Shown one piece after another: positions 4,731-13,888 of a stretch of DNA of 24,199 nucleotides. Every line of letters starts with the position of its first letter. Position 1 is the stretch's first letter. The stretch lies in the IMG/VR virus record IMGVR_UViG_2061766007_000921, one strand, 5' to 3'. Both the position numbers and the translations under genes were made by a program. The DNA comes from an uncultured virus (IMG/VR IMGVR_UViG_2061766007_000921). Taxonomy: Duplodnaviria; Heunggongvirae; Uroviricota; Caudoviricetes. Below the pieces are notes generated by a model. The model made no database searches. It was not told where the DNA came from and saw only the letters and a program-made list of their open reading frames with translations.

Positions 4731-7189
4731 TCAAGAATAGTTGTATAATCTCTTGAAATATCATCGAATGATATTGTATGATCAAGTACATATTGATACT
4801 GTGCTAAATAATCTTCTGTAGTTTCAAATGCTTTAATTACATTTTCTGAAGAATCTTCTTTAAGCTTATTCAAGAAAAATTCTTTAAGTTCTTTAAGTTT
4901 CTTGATAGATTCTTTAAGTTCAGTCTTTGAATATACAGATTCCTCAACTCTACCATCACGGGCTTGAATGTTAGTCTCAATCAATGAATACACATTGAAA
5001 AATCTATCATAATTCAAATATCTATCAATAACACTTATAAATTTGTCATTGTTATAAGATGCTACTACTACTCCAGCATAATCTTCATCTACAATTGTCA
5101 TAGTAAGATCTTCAAGATTAATATATGCACCAACAATATTAACAGAAGGAGAAGTAAGTCTAAATCCAAGAGTCACAGTGTCAGGAGCCCAAGTAGTGTC
5201 ACCTCTCTTTCCAAGTTGATCGCGCTCCATAACTCCACAGTATGCATTCTCTGCTAAAAATCCATGATTGTTAAAATCATTTACAGAAAGAATAAGATGT
5301 TTATATCCTGCTCTTTTTGCACCTTCAATATTAATATCAATATATTCAGCACATTTGCCAACACGATGGCGAACATCACCAGAAAATACCCACCAATTGT
5401 TCTTACTTGAATTGTAGTTATTACAGTTCCAAGAAATAACATTAGGACGTTCATTTCTATAATCATCAGTATATAATGATGCTGACAAATCAAGATCTCT
5501 TGTTCCATCTGGATCTTCCCATCTGCAGTAAAATCTCAAAATTCCAGTTGAATTTTTAAGATTGTATTTAGTTCCCTGAGGAAGCTGACCAACTGCAAAA
5601 TTCATGCTTCTCATATTCTTAGGAAGCATAATATTCTTAAGAGCAGGATCTAAGAAATACTTATCTCCTTCAAGAGAATCCTTTGCTGCAAATCTAGCAA
5701 CCAATTCAGTGTACAAAATATCAAGGATCTTAGATTGATATTTCTCATTCATTTTTTCAAGAGAAGGAAGATTGACAATCTTTCTATCACCTTTCAATAC
5801 TACATAACGCTTGTTAAGCTTTTCATCAGTATTTCTAAGATAAAAATGGTCAAGAAGCTCATAAATCATTTTTGTAGAAATATTATGTGCTGCCTTAGAC
5901 AAAGCATCCAAAACAATGTCTTCACATCCTGGATAATTTCTAATAAGATTATCAATATTTCTGCCAAACTCACCTGGACGTTGCATATAAAGAGCCAAAA
6001 GCTCATCAATATTTCCATTCTTACGAGCGTTTTCTACTCTTCCTGCATAGGTAGAAATATAAGTTCCTGCATTACGAAGAATAACAAACATCTCACAAGT
6101 CTTAGGATATTTCTTGCAATATTCACCAGGATGAAGTACTTCACCAAGACGAATCCAACGCTGACGATATTTCTTCATATCTTCAAGAATCTGCTCCTGC
6201 TTTGCAAGAGAAGAATTTTCAGAAATATACTTCTCAATCATAGCAAGAATATTTCTACGCTCAGCACGTTTAAATTTCTTGAACTTAAATGGAATGCTCT
6301 CTACTCTAAATCTATTCTCAACTTGAGAACGAATAGAATTTACATAACGATTATATACTTCTTCTCCCCAGCGTCTTCTATAATATTCTATAGTCTTATA
6401 ATTACGATCATTGAGAATAGTATCTTTCATATAATTCTGCAATTTAGGAACTGCAGGAAGACAAATATCTCCATCAGAAAGATATACAGCAATTCTAAGA
6501 ATATCTGTAATTGAATTGAACTTAAATTCATTGTCAAGATTACATGCTACTACACAAAGAGTCTCTTTGAATGGAATTTCTTCAGGAAAGACATCATCAT
6601 AAGTTGCAAATGTTCCATCTGCAAACTTAATATCTTTATAATGTTTGCAAAGATATTCTACATTTTCTTTATCTGCAGCAGTAAGAGATTGAGAGCTTGA
6701 AAGAATATTTTTGAAAAGATCAACAAATTCTCTCATAGAGATAGGTTCAATCATCTTATATTCATCATGAAGACAAGAAGCATATACAACACGCATTTCT
6801 GCATCATCTGTAGTCATATGATTTCTCATATCAGCTCCTGTAAGATAATGAATAATCTGTCCCAAGAAAAATTCAGTTTCAGACATTTCCATTACACCGA
6901 ATGGAAAATTTCCAAACAATGATGCATACATACCGTTATCTCCATATGCATCAACAAGATAATTATTAATATCTTTAGCATATGCTGTAAGTTCATCCTC
7001 TGAAAGAGAATTAAGATACTTAACACATTCTGTGCTAAACATAAATCCATATCGCATTACTTCAGCCTGAATCTGAATAACTACTGGAGAAACTTCATCC
7101 ATTTTGAAGTCTTCAATATCAATCTTATTTTCAGTGTTAACAATAAGATATCTTTTTGAAAGAGCGATTGTTTGGAAATTCTTGTTCAT
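4718..7189 (-). CDS. Large stress-response-type protein: helical N-terminal region plus C-terminal TerD-like domain (823 aa)
   Basis: Motifs EIPFKETL, WIRLGEVLHPGEY and QRPGEFGRNID, then TerD-like W...RDLDLSA...FSGDV...AEYIDI. Confidence 0.75.
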   Translation of the reverse strand: MNKNFQTIALSKRYLIVNTENKIDIEDFKMDEVSPVVIQIQAEVMRYGFMFSTECVKYLNSLSEDELTAYAKDINNYLVDAYGDNGMYASLFGNFPFGVMEMSETEFFLGQIIHYLTGADMRNHMTTDDAEMRVVYASCLHDEYKMIEPISMREFVDLFKNILSSSQSLTAADKENVEYLCKHYKDIKFADGTFATYDDVFPEEIPFKETLCVVACNLDNEFKFNSITDILRIAVYLSDGDICLPAVPKLQNYMKDTILNDRNYKTIEYYRRRWGEEVYNRYVNSIRSQVENRFRVESIPFKFKKFKRAERRNILAMIEKYISENSSLAKQEQILEDMKKYRQRWIRLGEVLHPGEYCKKYPKTCEMFVILRNAGTYISTYAGRVENARKNGNIDELLALYMQRPGEFGRNIDNLIRNYPGCEDIVLDALSKAAHNISTKMIYELLDHFYLRNTDEKLNKRYVVLKGDRKIVNLPSLEKMNEKYQSKILDILYTELVARFAAKDSLEGDKYFLDPALKNIMLPKNMRSMNFAVGQLPQGTKYNLKNSTGILRFYCRWEDPDGTRDLDLSASLYTDDYRNERPNVISWNCNNYNSSKNNWWVFSGDVRHRVGKCAEYIDINIEGAKRAGYKHLILSVNDFNNHGFLAENAYCGVMERDQLGKRGDTTWAPDTVTLGFRLTSPSVNIVGAYINLEDLTMTIVDEDYAGVVVASYNNDKFISVIDRYLNYDRFFNVYSLIETNIQARDGRVEESVYSKTELKESIKKLKELKEFFLNKLKEDSSENVIKAFETTEDYLAQYQYVLDHTISFDDISRDYTTILEWMF

Positions 7190-7217
7190 ATATTGTTTGA
7201 TTTAAAGATTAACAAAT

Positions 7218-7305
7218 AAAAAAGCGGATAGAAAGTCAGAAAAATCAATAAAATGTATTAGCTTAAATAATTTCACAATAGAAGTATCTGGTCTTATAGC
7301 CGCTT
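7218..7305 (-). ncRNA. Structured RNA element upstream of the TerD-domain gene
   Basis: AAGCGG-CT-ATA-AGACCAGA-TACTTC...TCTGACTTT-C-TAT-CCGCTT plus T-run: a long interrupted stem around a ~45-nt AT-rich loop. Confidence 0.55.
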
Positions 7306-7354
7306 ATAAATGTATATATATTGAATAAAAGAACTGAATTAAAAATTATATATA

Positions 7355-7603
7355 TTACTTTCTCGAAAGTTTAATGTCAAGCTCATTTTCTGAATTTTCT
7401 TTTCCTTTGTAGATATAATCACAATAATCATAATCATTGACAATTGTCTTAGGATTAGGAAACTCATTAAGTTCTCCGTCTATAAATTTTTGTTTATGTG
7501 ATCTAAAATAAGTCTTAAGGCTGCTTCTAATTGCACGGCGATACATCTTATGTATTTTTCCATTGCCATCTTTGCAAATTGGTTTCTTTTTTGACCTTGA
7601 CAT
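7355..7603 (-). CDS. Small basic phage hypothetical protein (82 aa)
   Basis: MSRSKKKP...YRRAIR...VNDYDYCDY; lies 24 nt downstream of a consensus promoter. Confidence 0.8.
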   Translation of the reverse strand: MSRSKKKPICKDGNGKIHKMYRRAIRSSLKTYFRSHKQKFIDGELNEFPNPKTIVNDYDYCDYIYKGKENSENELDIKLSRK

Positions 7604-7626
7604 TGTTTATCTTTTTAATTACAGTG

Positions 7627-7657
7627 CAAATATAATACAAAAAATTTAATCCGCAAA
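7627..7657 (-). promoter_or_regulatory. Bacteroidota-type promoter
   Basis: TTTG (7657-7654), 19 nt, TATATTTG (7634-7627). Confidence 0.8.
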
Positions 7658-7659
7658 AT

Positions 7660-8379
7660 TTAATTGAAAAAAATTATTAGTGATTGTCCAAACTGATTCA
7701 ATCCTTCTGCTGGTATATCAATTCCACTAATATTTCTATTTACTATTAAAAGAGCAGATTGTACATCACTATGAATTTTATTGTTTATATAATCACTATA
7801 ATATGCATAATTAGTATTCTTTGTAAAAAATGATATAGGAGAATAAGAATCATTATTTATATCATCATTAAACACTGGATTATATGTAGTATGTATATCT
7901 TCAATAATATAAAATCCTTCCTTTTTTAACATTTTATACAAATACTTCAATGTAATCATCTGATGTTTACACATATGACTTCCGTCATCAATTATAAAAT
8001 CAAATAGTATATCATTGGTTTGACAATATGCACACAATTTCATTAATGAGATTTCATCAGATTGGTCCATATTTATAAAATGTATATTATTTCCAATAGA
8101 CTTTACAATTTTTTCACAATCTTTATTAATATCAATACAATAAATTTCACACTGTCCTTTATAGTAATCATTAATCATATTGATGCTTCCGCCATCTTCA
8201 ATACCAATTTCAAGAACAATAGGATGTTTATTTTTAAATTTACTAAAATAATAATCATAAAACTCTGTGTATCCATGATGAACTGATCTTCCAAGAATTC
8301 CAGCATCATTAATGTTACCCGTATAATACATTCCTTTGTCTGTGCTATACCTATTTGCTATGATTGTCAAGTCTGTCAC
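7660..8379 (-). CDS. Class I SAM-dependent methyltransferase, sugar O-methyltransferase-like (MycE/ElmM type)
   Basis: STDKG...HGYTEFY...VLEIGIEDGGS...FDFIIDDGSH...GFYIIEDIHT. Confidence 0.85.
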   Translation of the reverse strand: MTDLTIIANRYSTDKGMYYTGNINDAGILGRSVHHGYTEFYDYYFSKFKNKHPIVLEIGIEDGGSINMINDYYKGQCEIYCIDINKDCEKIVKSIGNNIHFINMDQSDEISLMKLCAYCQTNDILFDFIIDDGSHMCKHQMITLKYLYKMLKKEGFYIIEDIHTTYNPVFNDDINNDSYSPISFFTKNTNYAYYSDYINNKIHSDVQSALLIVNRNISGIDIPAEGLNQFGQSLIIFFN

Positions 8380-9038
8380 TTTTTAAGTTCTTTTTTATAA
8401 ATGTTATAAAATTCATCTTCTGATATTACATGCATTATAGAATTTCTAATTTTGATATTTGAAAATACTTCATCATAATCTAATGTAGTAGCATCATACA
8501 AAGAAAAATCTCTAATACCATTATATTTGATTATGCAACAACCTTCTTCTCCAGGTTCAGATGAATTTGGATTAATATCTAATGTATTATAGTCAATTCC
8601 TGCTTTATACAAGTTTACTATGGCTTTCCATACAGTTCCATTCCATGTTGTGCATGGACGAGATTCATCTTGAAATTCCTTTTTTACAGGAAGGCAATCA
8701 TGAATTATAATATATCCTCCAGGATTTAATGAATTATATGAATTTTTGATATCTTTAACAACTTGAGATGCAATATGAAGTCCGTCAATAAAAATCAAAT
8801 CATATGTCTTTTTATAATTCAAAAAGAAATCATCTGATGTCATTTTATATGTAACGACATTTCTCATTTCATATTCATACAATTCTGGCTGTTCAACAAA
8901 CGGATCAACAGACTCTTTGTTTGCGGAGTGAACGTTATAATAATTTTTATTAGGATCGCACAATCCTATTTCCAAATAAGATTTTTTATATCCTAAAATA
9001 TTATCAAAGAAATAATTAATAAGTTCGGTTCTTGACAT
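8376..9038 (-). CDS. Class I SAM-dependent methyltransferase (Methyltransf_24-like)
   Basis: YLEIG...SVDP...TSDDFF...YDLIFIDGLH...PGGYIIIHDCLP...WNGTVWKA. Confidence 0.88.
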   Translation of the reverse strand: MSRTELINYFFDNILGYKKSYLEIGLCDPNKNYYNVHSANKESVDPFVEQPELYEYEMRNVVTYKMTSDDFFLNYKKTYDLIFIDGLHIASQVVKDIKNSYNSLNPGGYIIIHDCLPVKKEFQDESRPCTTWNGTVWKAIVNLYKAGIDYNTLDINPNSSEPGEEGCCIIKYNGIRDFSLYDATTLDYDEVFSNIKIRNSIMHVISEDEFYNIYKKELKK

Positions 9039-9040
9039 AA

Positions 9041-10354
9041 TTAAAATAGCGGAGTAGAAGTTCCAAATTTTGGCTTAGCATATTCTTGTGGTTTACTTAA
9101 CCACTCCTCAAATATTTTTTTAGTTGTTTTGTTGCAGAATTGAGAATACTTGTCATAGATCGCCTTCCTCTGCAAAAACTTTATATGATTGTAATAATTC
9201 TTATCTGAAGAAATGAGTTCAACCTTCTTTGCGAAATCCTCAGGGGTAGCAACGTACATAAAGTTCTTAAGTTCTTTATCATCAATATATTTATGATCCT
9301 TATCATATGGTTCATAAACAAAAGCAATTACATCAGACAGCATCGCATCAAAAAATCTAGGAGAAATAAAATCATTAAATGTTATTTCATCTGCAATAAC
9401 AAATGTAGATTTAGCATGTTGTCCAATATAAGGTATCAAATCATCATAAAACAAAGAAGAAACTCTGTCAAATCTTCCATGATCTCTAAACAGGTTCTTT
9501 GATGATGTTATAAGAAGATTCTGACCGTTGACTGCAGTATAGAAATTTTCTATAATCTCCATTCTCTTTGAACCCCTGTTATAACCATGATATTCTGATT
9601 TATATTCTTTAGTATCATAATCATAAGATTTCAATTTATTAGCAACATTGTCTGTCATTGCTTGATAAGTAAAAATTGGAAATGGAGCCCAAAGTTTAAC
9701 AGTCTTTGGAGTAAGTTCATTTCGTGGAGAAAGCTTACTTAAAAATGTAGGATAAGAACTACCACAATGTGCTATAATGCAATTGTTTATACATTTTTCT
9801 ACATTTGGCCAAACATTACAATATTCTTCAAATACAGATTCAGGTACTATATGTCCAAGTGTTTTATACTCGAACATTCTACGATTGAACACAATAAACG
9901 GATTAAGATAATGAATTTCAGGATCATCTTGAATTATATAATAATGACCATCACCGTGTTTTTGATACCACTCATTGACTCTTAATACATTATAAAAGAA
10001 ATCAGAGTAAATATATCCAAGAAACATATTTAATGCAGCTTGAACTTGAAATATATCATCAGCATCATCAAGACAATGAGGCTCTTCAATTTGTCTCATG
10101 CAACCTTTGAAAAAATCAAAATCTGTTTCTGTTCTTCCTTGAAAAGTAGAAGCAAAATATACATTATCATATTCATATACCTCAAGAAGAAAATTCTTAA
10201 GTGCTTCATATGTCTTTGTAGAAATAAGTTTGCTTGACAAAGAAATATATTTTGTCATGCAAATAATTGCTGCAGTTTTTCCCTTTCCGTAACCAGGTTT
10301 AAAATCGGATTTTAAATCAGGAATATTAACATGAATATTCTTTGATTTGTCCAT
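9041..10354 (-). CDS. T4 beta-glucosyltransferase-like DNA glycosyltransferase (GT-B, GT63-like)
   Basis: Colinear resemblance to T4 BGT as recalled: YIIQDD ~ YLFTD (catalytic Asp); YHGYNRGSKR ~ YGGSFRSGQR; FVIADEITFNDFISPRFFDAMLSDV ~ LIIGDKNYNDNFITLRVWETMASDA; YDKDHKYI ~ FDTKHRII. Start at ATG 10354 (TAATG overlap), 437 aa. Confidence 0.8.
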   Translation of the reverse strand: MDKSKNIHVNIPDLKSDFKPGYGKGKTAAIICMTKYISLSSKLISTKTYEALKNFLLEVYEYDNVYFASTFQGRTETDFDFFKGCMRQIEEPHCLDDADDIFQVQAALNMFLGYIYSDFFYNVLRVNEWYQKHGDGHYYIIQDDPEIHYLNPFIVFNRRMFEYKTLGHIVPESVFEEYCNVWPNVEKCINNCIIAHCGSSYPTFLSKLSPRNELTPKTVKLWAPFPIFTYQAMTDNVANKLKSYDYDTKEYKSEYHGYNRGSKRMEIIENFYTAVNGQNLLITSSKNLFRDHGRFDRVSSLFYDDLIPYIGQHAKSTFVIADEITFNDFISPRFFDAMLSDVIAFVYEPYDKDHKYIDDKELKNFMYVATPEDFAKKVELISSDKNYYNHIKFLQRKAIYDKYSQFCNKTTKKIFEEWLSKPQEYAKPKFGTSTPLF

Positions 10355-10833
10355 TAAAGTTTTACTGCCAGTATTCTTTCTAACTCGCTGCATAAATCAT
10401 TATCATTTATATTACATCTATATTTAAATATATTCTTAAATATTATATCGTCATAATTATCAAGATCATATCTACATATTAAATCATTTGTCCAATTATA
10501 ACAAATTTTTTCAAGTTTTTTACAATCATCTATTGTCATACAAGAAGGATAAAGTCCTAATAATCGTTGCAAATATAATTTTTGTATATGATCAAATAGT
10601 TGTCGTTTTACTTCTTCTGATACATTTGATATCCATTCATATTTAGATAATTTCAACCATGACAACGGTACATTATCCTTTTGAATATTACATGTAAATA
10701 TATTATAATTTATACTTCTATCACATTTAAAAAGTATATTTAAAATTAAATTTTCTCTTGAGCAATGTAATACATCTATTCTCCAAGATAATATATATAC
10801 ATTAATGTATTTTTCAACTTTATCTTCTTTCAT
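10354..10833 (-). CDS. Hypothetical protein (159 aa)
   Basis: ORF coupled by overlaps to both neighbours. Confidence 0.7.
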   Translation of the reverse strand: MKEDKVEKYINVYILSWRIDVLHCSRENLILNILFKCDRSINYNIFTCNIQKDNVPLSWLKLSKYEWISNVSEEVKRQLFDHIQKLYLQRLLGLYPSCMTIDDCKKLEKICYNWTNDLICRYDLDNYDDIIFKNIFKYRCNINDNDLCSELERILAVKL

Positions 10834-11167
10834 AATCTAAATAAACATCTCCATATAAAATGGCAGGTTCATCAGGTTCATCAATGCTTAATCCTAATTC
10901 TCTTTTTCTAAAAACTGTTGCTATATAACTTCTAAAGAGTTTAATATTTTCTTGCTCTAATATTTTTTCTTTAATCTCATCTATTGTTTGATAAATCATT
11001 TTTTTATCATTATCAGAATTTATCACAACTTTAATTCGTATATAATCATATGCAAATTTATTAACAATAAAATTATTATCATTTGCAACACAATATACAA
11101 ATCTATTTCCTTCTATTCTATATGAACCTAATATAAGAGATTCATATATAACATTAACAGCTTTCAT
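10820..11167 (-). CDS. Hypothetical protein (115 aa)
   Basis: TAATG overlap with the upstream gene. Confidence 0.75.
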   Translation of the reverse strand: MKAVNVIYESLILGSYRIEGNRFVYCVANDNNFIVNKFAYDYIRIKVVINSDNDKKMIYQTIDEIKEKILEQENIKLFRSYIATVFRKRELGLSIDEPDEPAILYGDVYLDYERR

Positions 11168-11601
11168 TATTTAGCAAAAGATTCAAAACAAGAATTCATT
11201 ATTGAATGAAATTTTTCTGTTATTGTTTCCTTAAGTGATGTATCTTTTTGATGTTCTTTTTTTGTCATATCAAAGAAACTATCATTTTTTAAAGAAAGTA
11301 AAAAATCTTCAATTTCATTTGTATATGCTAATCGAACATTACCATTATAATATGAATGTTTATTATCTCTTTCAATTTTATATGATGAAAATTCATTTTT
11401 TACACCCATTAATACTACTCCTAATCCATTTGCATACATCCATCCATCATGTAAAAATACATTTCCATTATCTACACATGTGAGAAATGTACCAACTCTA
11501 TATTTGCTTTTGCTAGGAATTACAAAATCCATATAATAAAGTTTTCCTGTTGGTAGAGGCATAGGTTGTGTTGATATAGAATTTTGTGATATTTTTTTCA
11601 T
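11167..11601 (-). CDS. Hypothetical protein (144 aa) with N-terminal capsid-protein-like motif
   Basis: Starts 1 nt after the C5-MTase stop; N-terminal STQPMPLPTGKLYYMDF. Confidence 0.78.
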   Translation of the reverse strand: MKKISQNSISTQPMPLPTGKLYYMDFVIPSKSKYRVGTFLTCVDNGNVFLHDGWMYANGLGVVLMGVKNEFSSYKIERDNKHSYYNGNVRLAYTNEIEDFLLSLKNDSFFDMTKKEHQKDTSLKETITEKFHSIMNSCFESFAK

Positions 11602-11602
11602 G

Positions 11603-12829
11603 TTAAAATAATTCTATAGATGAAACTTCTTGATAATCAATCCTTTGTTTGATATTATCTTGTTTTATAAAATTAGAATTAGTCATTTTTAATTCACCAT
11701 TTATAAATTTAATAACATCATTTGTCATATCTTGTGCAGTTTTAACAGGTACATTCTGTGTAACATGTTGAAGATTTCCAGAAATAAGTTCAAAATCTGA
11801 TGGCATTCCCATCATAGCAAGTATTTCTCTTGTTGTTAAAAATCTACATTCTTTTGGATGAAGAGTCCAATGCATATTCTTAGAAATAATTGCATTTGTA
11901 GTTCCTTTATAAACTTGTGGCTGTGGAGCAAAAAATCCAAGTCCCTTTTTAATTTTATCCCAACGATAATTTATATAATACCACGGTGTTCTATGTCCTT
12001 GGTCAGACATCAATCTGTCTTTTCTTGGATCATTTGCTAACCAATCTTTATACTCTTGCCAAAGATTATTGTACTTTATATAATCATAAGGATTACGAAT
12101 AGAATACTTATCAATTTGATTATAAAAGAATTTGATATATTCATCATATGAATCATTACAATATTTCTTCATAATCCAATCCATTTCTGGATAAAGCTCT
12201 TTTGGATTTTTATCAATTATTCTTGTGCATTGTGTTCCGACATTTTTATCAAGAATAAATTTTTCATAAACTTCACCTGGAGTATTATGATAAGGCATAA
12301 CTGGACATTTACCACCTTTCCAGAAAAAGAAAAATGTTCTTACACGTTCTTGTGGAATTCCATGTAATGACGTATTTGTTTTATAAATTGTAAATCCATA
12401 GTTATACTGTTTAGCATAACTTCTAAGAGTATTCAAAACTTTTTCATTTTGTTCAGAATACAATCCTGGCGCATTCTCACCCCAATAAACTTTAGGTTTT
12501 ATATTCTTAAGAGTAAATTCAGCAACTTTATAAAGCCAATTATTAGTAGCATTATCTGCTCCCTTTGTTGCAGTATTCAAATTTGACATTCCTGCACAAG
12601 GACAAACAGAACTTACAAAATCTATATTTGAAAAATCAAGATTTTCATTTAAAGAATTAGTTTCAGAATCTACAACATACCATTTTACATCTTTCCAATA
12701 ATTCTTTAAGTTAGACTCATTCTTTGAAAAAACATCATATGATAAAACACATTCTGGTTTTTTACCAGTAGCATTATAATTTGCAATTGCCATTCCACCA
12801 ATGAGTGGAACAAAACATATATACTTCAT
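11603..12829 (-). CDS. DNA (cytosine-5) methyltransferase, phage type
   Basis: Variant motif I PLIGG; IV CPCAGMS; VI ENAPGL; VIII PQERVR; IX RFLTTRE...MGMPSDF; X QNVPV. Confidence 0.9.
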   Translation of the reverse strand: MKYICFVPLIGGMAIANYNATGKKPECVLSYDVFSKNESNLKNYWKDVKWYVVDSETNSLNENLDFSNIDFVSSVCPCAGMSNLNTATKGADNATNNWLYKVAEFTLKNIKPKVYWGENAPGLYSEQNEKVLNTLRSYAKQYNYGFTIYKTNTSLHGIPQERVRTFFFFWKGGKCPVMPYHNTPGEVYEKFILDKNVGTQCTRIIDKNPKELYPEMDWIMKKYCNDSYDEYIKFFYNQIDKYSIRNPYDYIKYNNLWQEYKDWLANDPRKDRLMSDQGHRTPWYYINYRWDKIKKGLGFFAPQPQVYKGTTNAIISKNMHWTLHPKECRFLTTREILAMMGMPSDFELISGNLQHVTQNVPVKTAQDMTNDVIKFINGELKMTNSNFIKQDNIKQRIDYQEVSSIELF

Positions 12830-12857
12830 AATCTAAGATATTTGAATATTGTATAGT

Positions 12858-12889
12858 AAAAAAAGGAATTTGATTTACAAATTCCTTTT
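12858..12889 (-). terminator. Intrinsic terminator
   Basis: AAAAGGAATTTG-5 nt-CAAATTCCTTTT plus T-run after the stop at 12911. Confidence 0.8.
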
Positions 12890-12910
12890 AAATTTTAAAA
12901 ATTATATTGT

Positions 12911-13888
12911 TTATTCATTATAAACATCATACATAATACCCATAATCTCATCTTTCCATTTATTCCACATCACATCTAATCTTCTAGAATAATAGTCATC
13001 ATCTTCAAAGTCTGTGCAATAAATTTCATCAAATGCTTCCCAAAAATCATCTGTTGCGTATTCAAAATATCCATAAATATCACTTTCATCTGTAGGATCT
13101 GCAATATCATCTTTTATTTCTACTGCAATATTATAAACTATATTATGAAGAACTTGCGGCATTTTATCTGGAAGATTATCCAACATATTCAAATTTCTTC
13201 TTCTATTAAACATTCCTTCACTTAATTGTTCAGCAGTCATTTTACTATTATTTAATTCATTTCCAAAAATCCAACGATATGCTGTATTTTCCTTTAATAT
13301 ATTCTTGAACTCTTCTAAAAATTGATTAAGTTCTCTTCTTGATAATGATATACTACTCTTTATTATAATTGATTTGAAATATTCTTCTATATCATCCCAA
13401 TGATTTTCACCGTCATTCCAATATTTGTCATTAATAAAAGTTAAAATCTTTCTTGCAAATAACATAGCGGATTTAGTATCAATATGATATGAAAGTGTTT
13501 CAATCTTATCATTTGCTGCAATTATTGCTGCACACAATTCATCTGCTTTTGATAATTGTGCTGATTCAAAAAGTTTTTTAGATTTATAATAACTAACAGT
13601 AGATTCTGATATTTGTACCGGAACTCCACCAAGAGTAGTTAGTTGTTTGTTTAATAAATTAACTTGTTGACGAATATTGTAAACGTTTTGGTCATATGTT
13701 CTCTTTAATGCAGTCAATCTTCCTTGAAGTCCAGTAATTTCTTGTTGAATTTGAGCAATTTTTGCCTGTGTTTGTGGATCTGCAGAAACTGTTGTTGAAG
13801 AAGTTTTGTTAGTATCTAATGATTGATTTCCTTGAGAATTATTATTAGAATTAGTTTCTTCTTCAAATACTCTGTATATTTTTTTCAT
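12911..13888 (-). CDS. Hypothetical protein (325 aa) with coiled coil; possible head or core protein
   Basis: Q-rich coiled coil at residues ~40-85; several hydrophobic-x-E motifs (VFE, ISE, LFE, LSE) at apparent domain boundaries. Confidence 0.8.
   Translation of the reverse strand: MKKIYRVFEEETNSNNNSQGNQSLDTNKTSSTTVSADPQTQAKIAQIQQEITGLQGRLTALKRTYDQNVYNIRQQVNLLNKQLTTLGGVPVQISESTVSYYKSKKLFESAQLSKADELCAAIIAANDKIETLSYHIDTKSAMLFARKILTFINDKYWNDGENHWDDIEEYFKSIIIKSSISLSRRELNQFLEEFKNILKENTAYRWIFGNELNNSKMTAEQLSEGMFNRRRNLNMLDNLPDKMPQVLHNIVYNIAVEIKDDIADPTDESDIYGYFEYATDDFWEAFDEIYCTDFEDDDYYSRRLDVMWNKWKDEIMGIMYDVYNE

Noticed and set aside
5735..6514. 259-aa plus-strand ORF and other antisense or nested ORFs (e.g. 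20505-20858, 22924-23364, 23102-23323, 23978-24181)
   Set aside because: Shadows of well-supported genes, with I/F/L/S-rich composition typical of antisense frames in AT-rich DNA; the last spans the N gap.
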